Position numbers and translations under genes: made by a program. DNA of 64,000 nt from Anaerohalosphaeraceae bacterium (GTDB lineage: Bacteria > Planctomycetota > Phycisphaerae > Sedimentisphaerales > Anaerohalosphaeraceae). Below are positions 59,845 through 64,000 of the stretch, piece after piece. The stretch's first letter is position 1. Each line of letters opens with the position of its first letter. The notes beneath the pieces are model-generated. The model worked only from the letters and a program-made list of their open reading frames with translations. It was not told the origin of the DNA and did not search any database. Location of the stretch: contig CAXXSL010000016.1 of NCBI GenBank assembly GCA_963675525.2, forward strand, positions 384,001 to 448,000, read 5' to 3'.

Positions 59845-60825
59845 CTAAAGTGGAAGCTTTAATATCTTATTAATCTTTCGCAGAACAGGCATACACCGAA
59901 GGGTGAGGCCCGGACATATCGTTAAAACATATATCGCCAGCTTATACCATTTTGGCAATAAAAAACCAAGCTCTTTTGTGAGCAGACGAATCTGAAACGC
60001 CCTGGCGTCTTCCCACGACCAATGGATCCACATTTTTGTGATGGAACGGGCAACCGGCCTGAACACCTCTTGTCTGCCCTGTTCCTCGGCCAGCACTAAA
60101 TGACGTTTGATCAGTTCGATGACAATTTCCGGATGGTTATGTGTTTTCACAATGCTGCCGGGAATCCCCCGGTGATAAATCGCCAGCGGTTCGGTTAAAT
60201 AACCAATTCGAGGATACCGGTAGGCAATCCGGAACCACATGTCCTCATCATTCATTCGTAACTGACCGGGGCGAAAGAGCCCGGCCTCTAAAAGCACTGA
60301 TTTTTGAATCAGCATGGTGCCTGTATAGCCGCAGGTCCCGTTTTTGTAAGCATCGAAATAATCCTCATAGTATTCCTGTCCGGCCAAAAGAGAGGCACTG
60401 CGGCCTTGATCAAAAACAGTTCTGGAATGTCCTGGATCACAGAAACAATAAAAATAATTTGACATGGTCCATACCAGGTCCGGATGCTTTTTCAGGTGTT
60501 CGCTTTGCAATTGAAGCTTATCCGGAACCCACTCATCATCGGCATCGAGAAAAACGATCCAATCGGATCGAGCGGCTTGAATCCCGGTATTGCGGGCAAC
60601 GCTGGCACCGGCGTTTTCCTGTTGAATCAAAATCACCTTCGCGCCAAATGACCGGACCACCTCGGCCGTATTGTCGGTGGAACCGTCATCGACCACAATG
60701 ATCTCATCGGGCAGACGGGTTTGATCAAGTACACTTTGAATGGCACGGGCAATGTACAGAGCATTGTTATAAGCAGGAATGACTGCACTGACGCGAAAAT
60801 CAGCTTGTACCGGTGTTTTGTCCAT
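59845..60825 (-). CDS. Glycosyltransferase family 2 (paralog of the neighbour)
   Basis: SAVIPAYN, VDDGSTD, FLDADD, DEDMWFR. Confidence 0.93.
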   Translation of the reverse strand: MDKTPVQADFRVSAVIPAYNNALYIARAIQSVLDQTRLPDEIIVVDDGSTDNTAEVVRSFGAKVILIQQENAGASVARNTGIQAARSDWIVFLDADDEWVPDKLQLQSEHLKKHPDLVWTMSNYFYCFCDPGHSRTVFDQGRSASLLAGQEYYEDYFDAYKNGTCGYTGTMLIQKSVLLEAGLFRPGQLRMNDEDMWFRIAYRYPRIGYLTEPLAIYHRGIPGSIVKTHNHPEIVIELIKRHLVLAEEQGRQEVFRPVARSITKMWIHWSWEDARAFQIRLLTKELGFLLPKWYKLAIYVLTICPGLTLRCMPVLRKINKILKLPL

Positions 60826-60860
60826 CCCATTATTATACGCATCGTTTGAGAAAAACAAAC

Positions 60861-60896
60861 AAAAAAAGCCCCGGATAACTTGATGTTACCCGGGGC
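60861..60896 (-). terminator. Rho-independent terminator
   Basis: gccccgg.taac/gtta.ccggggc hairpin with U7 on the - strand. Confidence 0.8.
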
Positions 60897-60929
60897 GGTT
60901 CTTTCGGTAAATGAAATGATCAATAATGA

Positions 60930-62213
60930 TCAGTCATGGTTTATTCGTTTACTGTTTTGCTTCGGATTGGATTTGGGTGCAGCGGTCACGCTTTTTCTGC
61001 CGGTTTCCTGAGTGATGCCGCTCTCTGGAACCTCGTCAACCGTTGAAGGGTCAAGAATTCCTAACGCCTCGCCCAGATCATTCAGGGCCTGATAAAGATT
61101 TTTCTTTGCGATAAACTGACGCTGGAGGGCATGATAAATTGCAATCCTCGCGCCGCGAAGCTGCTTGCCGGTCACACCCTGTGGCAGATCTTCGGGGGCG
61201 GCTTCACAGAGCGCCTTGACAGCGGCGATTTCCTTTTCAGCCGCTTCATCCAGGAGCAACAGGGCCTGCTGTTTGGCTTCGACGGCCTCATCGAGGTTAC
61301 GCATCGCAAACTCATAAGGGGTTTCAACCCAATAGGAGACATAGATTCCCTTATCCATTTGCTCCATCGTGGGGCTTCCTTTGAAAAAATACAACGCGCT
61401 GCCGTCGGGGCTGATACAGGCGCTATGAAGATTGGTCTCAGGCTGATTAATGGCATCTATCGGCAGGAAATCGCCGAACGGCTCATCAAGTGAAGCCCGG
61501 GCACCGCTCCATAGTTCTGCAAAACCGTCCGCATTTGTAATATGAAAATAAACGGTCAAGCCATCCGAAGACATATAAGGACCACGAGCATTTAATTCAT
61601 TTAACGCTACCATTTCATTAATGTCTGAAAAACTCTGACCCATTTCGGAACGCGTCGCCGTAACAATTCTCCACTCACCTGACAAATTGAAATCGGTCCA
61701 CATGATTAAATTTTCATCTGCATTTAGTGAGACATCGGTATCAATGTATGTTCCATGAATTTCATAAAAAGTTTGACTCACCACCCAGTGTTGACCAACT
61801 GAATCTCTGACAGCCATTTTAATTAAACGCTGCCACCTGCCCTGATAAAATTCTGCCACAGCATAGTACAGTCTCAAGCCGTCCTGAGATATCCATGGGC
61901 TGGCAACATAACTTCCATTTCCCAACTCGGTCAGAACACGCTGACTTGAAAACAGTTCATCCACACTGCTGCGTGTCGCTTCAATGATATAATATGGAGC
62001 AGGCCCTCCCGGAGCAAGTGACGGTTCGTTTCTGACAAAAAAGATCGAAAGGCCGTCGCTTGAAATGCACGGGTAAGAAGCAATGGTTTGCTCCTGGGGG
62101 TTATTTAATTCACTGAGATGGACCGGCTCGCTCCAGGCGGCAAGGGCGGAAGCGGCAGACAGCAATGAAAGCAGACAACACAAAAACACTTTTGACAACT
62201 TTAACGATCTCAT
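60930..62213 (-). CDS. Secreted PD40/TolB-like beta-propeller protein with a helical C-terminus
   Basis: Signal peptide; repeats PCISSDGLSIFF, PWISQDGLRLYY, PYMSSDGLTVYF, CISPDGSALYF. Confidence 0.8.
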   Translation of the reverse strand: MRSLKLSKVFLCCLLSLLSAASALAAWSEPVHLSELNNPQEQTIASYPCISSDGLSIFFVRNEPSLAPGGPAPYYIIEATRSSVDELFSSQRVLTELGNGSYVASPWISQDGLRLYYAVAEFYQGRWQRLIKMAVRDSVGQHWVVSQTFYEIHGTYIDTDVSLNADENLIMWTDFNLSGEWRIVTATRSEMGQSFSDINEMVALNELNARGPYMSSDGLTVYFHITNADGFAELWSGARASLDEPFGDFLPIDAINQPETNLHSACISPDGSALYFFKGSPTMEQMDKGIYVSYWVETPYEFAMRNLDEAVEAKQQALLLLDEAAEKEIAAVKALCEAAPEDLPQGVTGKQLRGARIAIYHALQRQFIAKKNLYQALNDLGEALGILDPSTVDEVPESGITQETGRKSVTAAPKSNPKQNSKRINHD

Positions 62214-62459
62214 TGGAAACACTCCTTTCTAAAACATATTTCGATGAGAAACCTCCACATGCTGGTTATGATACGCTACCGGAGGAGAAATGTCAAGTAT
62301 TTTCGGGGAAAATTTCAGTGATGATTTTTTGTCATCAATACCACAGTTTTTGATATAAATACGGGCATGTTATCCGTCATATTGCCGGACTTCGCGCGTC
62401 CTGTTTTCGGCAAACACAACAATTCGAGACGCCGTTTTTCGAGATGTCATATATTCTTT

Positions 62460-63665
62460 TTAGGGCGGGTTCACAGAACCTCCATCAACAAGCTCATCAA
62501 TTATATTCTTCAAAGAAACTCCAAGGACGTCCCACGAATAGTGTTCACTAAAAAGCGTCCAAGCCTCTTGTGCCAATGCCCGTCCTTTTTCGTGATCGTT
62601 TAATAATTGAATACAATGTTCTGCAAATTCTTCCGGATTATCTGTCGACAGGATCTGTTTTCCGCTCTCAGCTTTGATCCCATGAGCGCCAAGGGAGGTG
62701 GAAACGACCGGGGTCATTTTACTGAAAGCATCCAGAATTTTTATTCGTGTCCCGCCGCCATAGGTAATGGGAACAACTAAAGCGGACCATGTTCCCATTT
62801 CCTCCGTTGTATCTTCCAGAAATCCCAGGTACTCAAATCCTTCGGCTTGAACATAATTTTCGGGTTCGGGAAGTTTGCCAATAATTCGCAGCGCAACGTT
62901 CGTATTTTGCTGCCGTATCAACGGCCACACATTGTCCCGAAACCAGATCAAGCCATCCCGGTTGGGAGGATACGTAAGAAGACCAATAAAACCGATCCGA
63001 TTGGGACACGGTGAGACCCATTGCGGTTCTTTTGCAGGATAAGCATAACCGTTTGGAATAATTCTTATTTTTTCAGGCCGGCCGAGATACTTTTTGTCAT
63101 CTTCACTGCAAACGATAATTCGATCATATTTCTTTAAGGCTTCTTTTTGATGTTTTTTCCATTTATATGCCTGCACTTTGGCGGACCATCTAAAACGAAT
63201 GCTCGAGGCCAGATCTGCATATTGCTCATAATAGCAATCCCTTAAGTCATCTAAATCCATAACCGCTTTAGGGATCTTTTCGATCTTAAACGGATGAGCA
63301 GCCCCCAATGTATGAAACCAGACAATATCATGTTGATCGGCCAATTTCTGAAATAGTTTTTGTTCCTCTCTGTCCGCCTGAGTACCTCTTGTCAAAGGAT
63401 TATGCATGTACCATTTCTTGAGAAAACGTCCCCATTGTGTCGTGCAAGAAGAATAGTTTCGAATATCCACTTTATAAAAGGGCTGAAACTCACGTTGGCA
63501 CAACTGAACCGCTTCCGGCACAAAATTAGATGAAACAGCAAGCATTGTCAGATCAGCATGTTTCCTGAGCTGACGGAAAATATTAGTTGTCCGAATCATA
63601 CACCCGCCATGTGGAGGAGCATGTAACGCTGTCGTGACATATAATATCTTGGGCTTTTTTGTCAT
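62460..63665 (-). CDS. Glycosyltransferase family 4
   Basis: IPNG, FIGLLTYPPN.DG, VPITYGGGTRIKIL.A. Confidence 0.9.
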   Translation of the reverse strand: MTKKPKILYVTTALHAPPHGGCMIRTTNIFRQLRKHADLTMLAVSSNFVPEAVQLCQREFQPFYKVDIRNYSSCTTQWGRFLKKWYMHNPLTRGTQADREEQKLFQKLADQHDIVWFHTLGAAHPFKIEKIPKAVMDLDDLRDCYYEQYADLASSIRFRWSAKVQAYKWKKHQKEALKKYDRIIVCSEDDKKYLGRPEKIRIIPNGYAYPAKEPQWVSPCPNRIGFIGLLTYPPNRDGLIWFRDNVWPLIRQQNTNVALRIIGKLPEPENYVQAEGFEYLGFLEDTTEEMGTWSALVVPITYGGGTRIKILDAFSKMTPVVSTSLGAHGIKAESGKQILSTDNPEEFAEHCIQLLNDHEKGRALAQEAWTLFSEHYSWDVLGVSLKNIIDELVDGGSVNPP

Positions 63666-64000
63666 TTTACGGAACCTGATGTCGCCTTTCCTTTAACATA
63701 TAATATGGCATCGGCTAACCAAGGCGTAATCGGGGGGGAAAATAATCGAAATCGCATTTCATTCCGAAATCTTTTTGATAAATATGTTTTGAAGTTTATC
63801 AGCACCTGGGCGGCATCTTTGTAACGGCGCTGTTTTTCGAGCTGCCGAATCCAGACCTGCAACATCAATGTTAAGCATGGGCAAAACACTTCATAGCGAC
63901 CGTATTGCTTTGACAGGTTTTCATGGCGATGGACCAGGTCCATCATAAACTCAATACTATCATTGGTTTTAGTCGAACTGCCCGTCGTATCCAGATGATA
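63662..64000 (-). CDS. C-terminal part of a probable glycosyltransferase (starts outside the window)
   Basis: Open frame from 64000: YHLDTTGSS..MDLVHRH...QVWIRQL, similar to the C-termini of the two GT2 genes. Confidence 0.6.
   Translation of the reverse strand, partial: YHLDTTGSSTKTNDSIEFMMDLVHRHENLSKQYGRYEVFCPCLTLMLQVWIRQLEKQRRYKDAAQVLINFKTYLSKRFRNEMRFRLFSPPITPWLADAILYVKGKATSGSVK

Overview
Bacterial chromosomal window. The gene set (Rnf, GH10-like and GH43 proteins, dockerin/LamG secreted proteins, eukaryote-like Ser/Thr kinase) suggests an anaerobic planctomycete such as Phycisphaerae/Sedimentisphaerales; this taxonomy is inference. About 55 CDS are supported. They include housekeeping genes (rpsT, rnr, glyA, ackA, mgtE, lemA-htpX), an anti-sigma/STAS module, a pilT + membrane-anchored pseudo-ATPase locus, a NapC + octaheme HAO-like cytochrome pair, a complete rnfCDGEAB operon with apbE, and a glycosyltransferase cluster. 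No rRNA, tRNA or CRISPR array was seen. The standout is a complete IS110/IS1111-type element (27679-29080) inserted at an AG/CT core inside a REP-like palindrome. Its 3' non-coding region can be read directly as a two-loop bridge/seek RNA: the guides match the flanking target (gcccgaggCT and ttgtag) and the element's own circle junction (ataacag), and an unoccupied copy of the target lies 200 bp downstream. Other oddities are a strong consensus promoter firing into a 690-nt non-coding repeat array before glyA, an ECF sigma gene truncated by a local duplication, a homopolymer frameshift in the pilT locus, and several dispersed palindromic repeat families.
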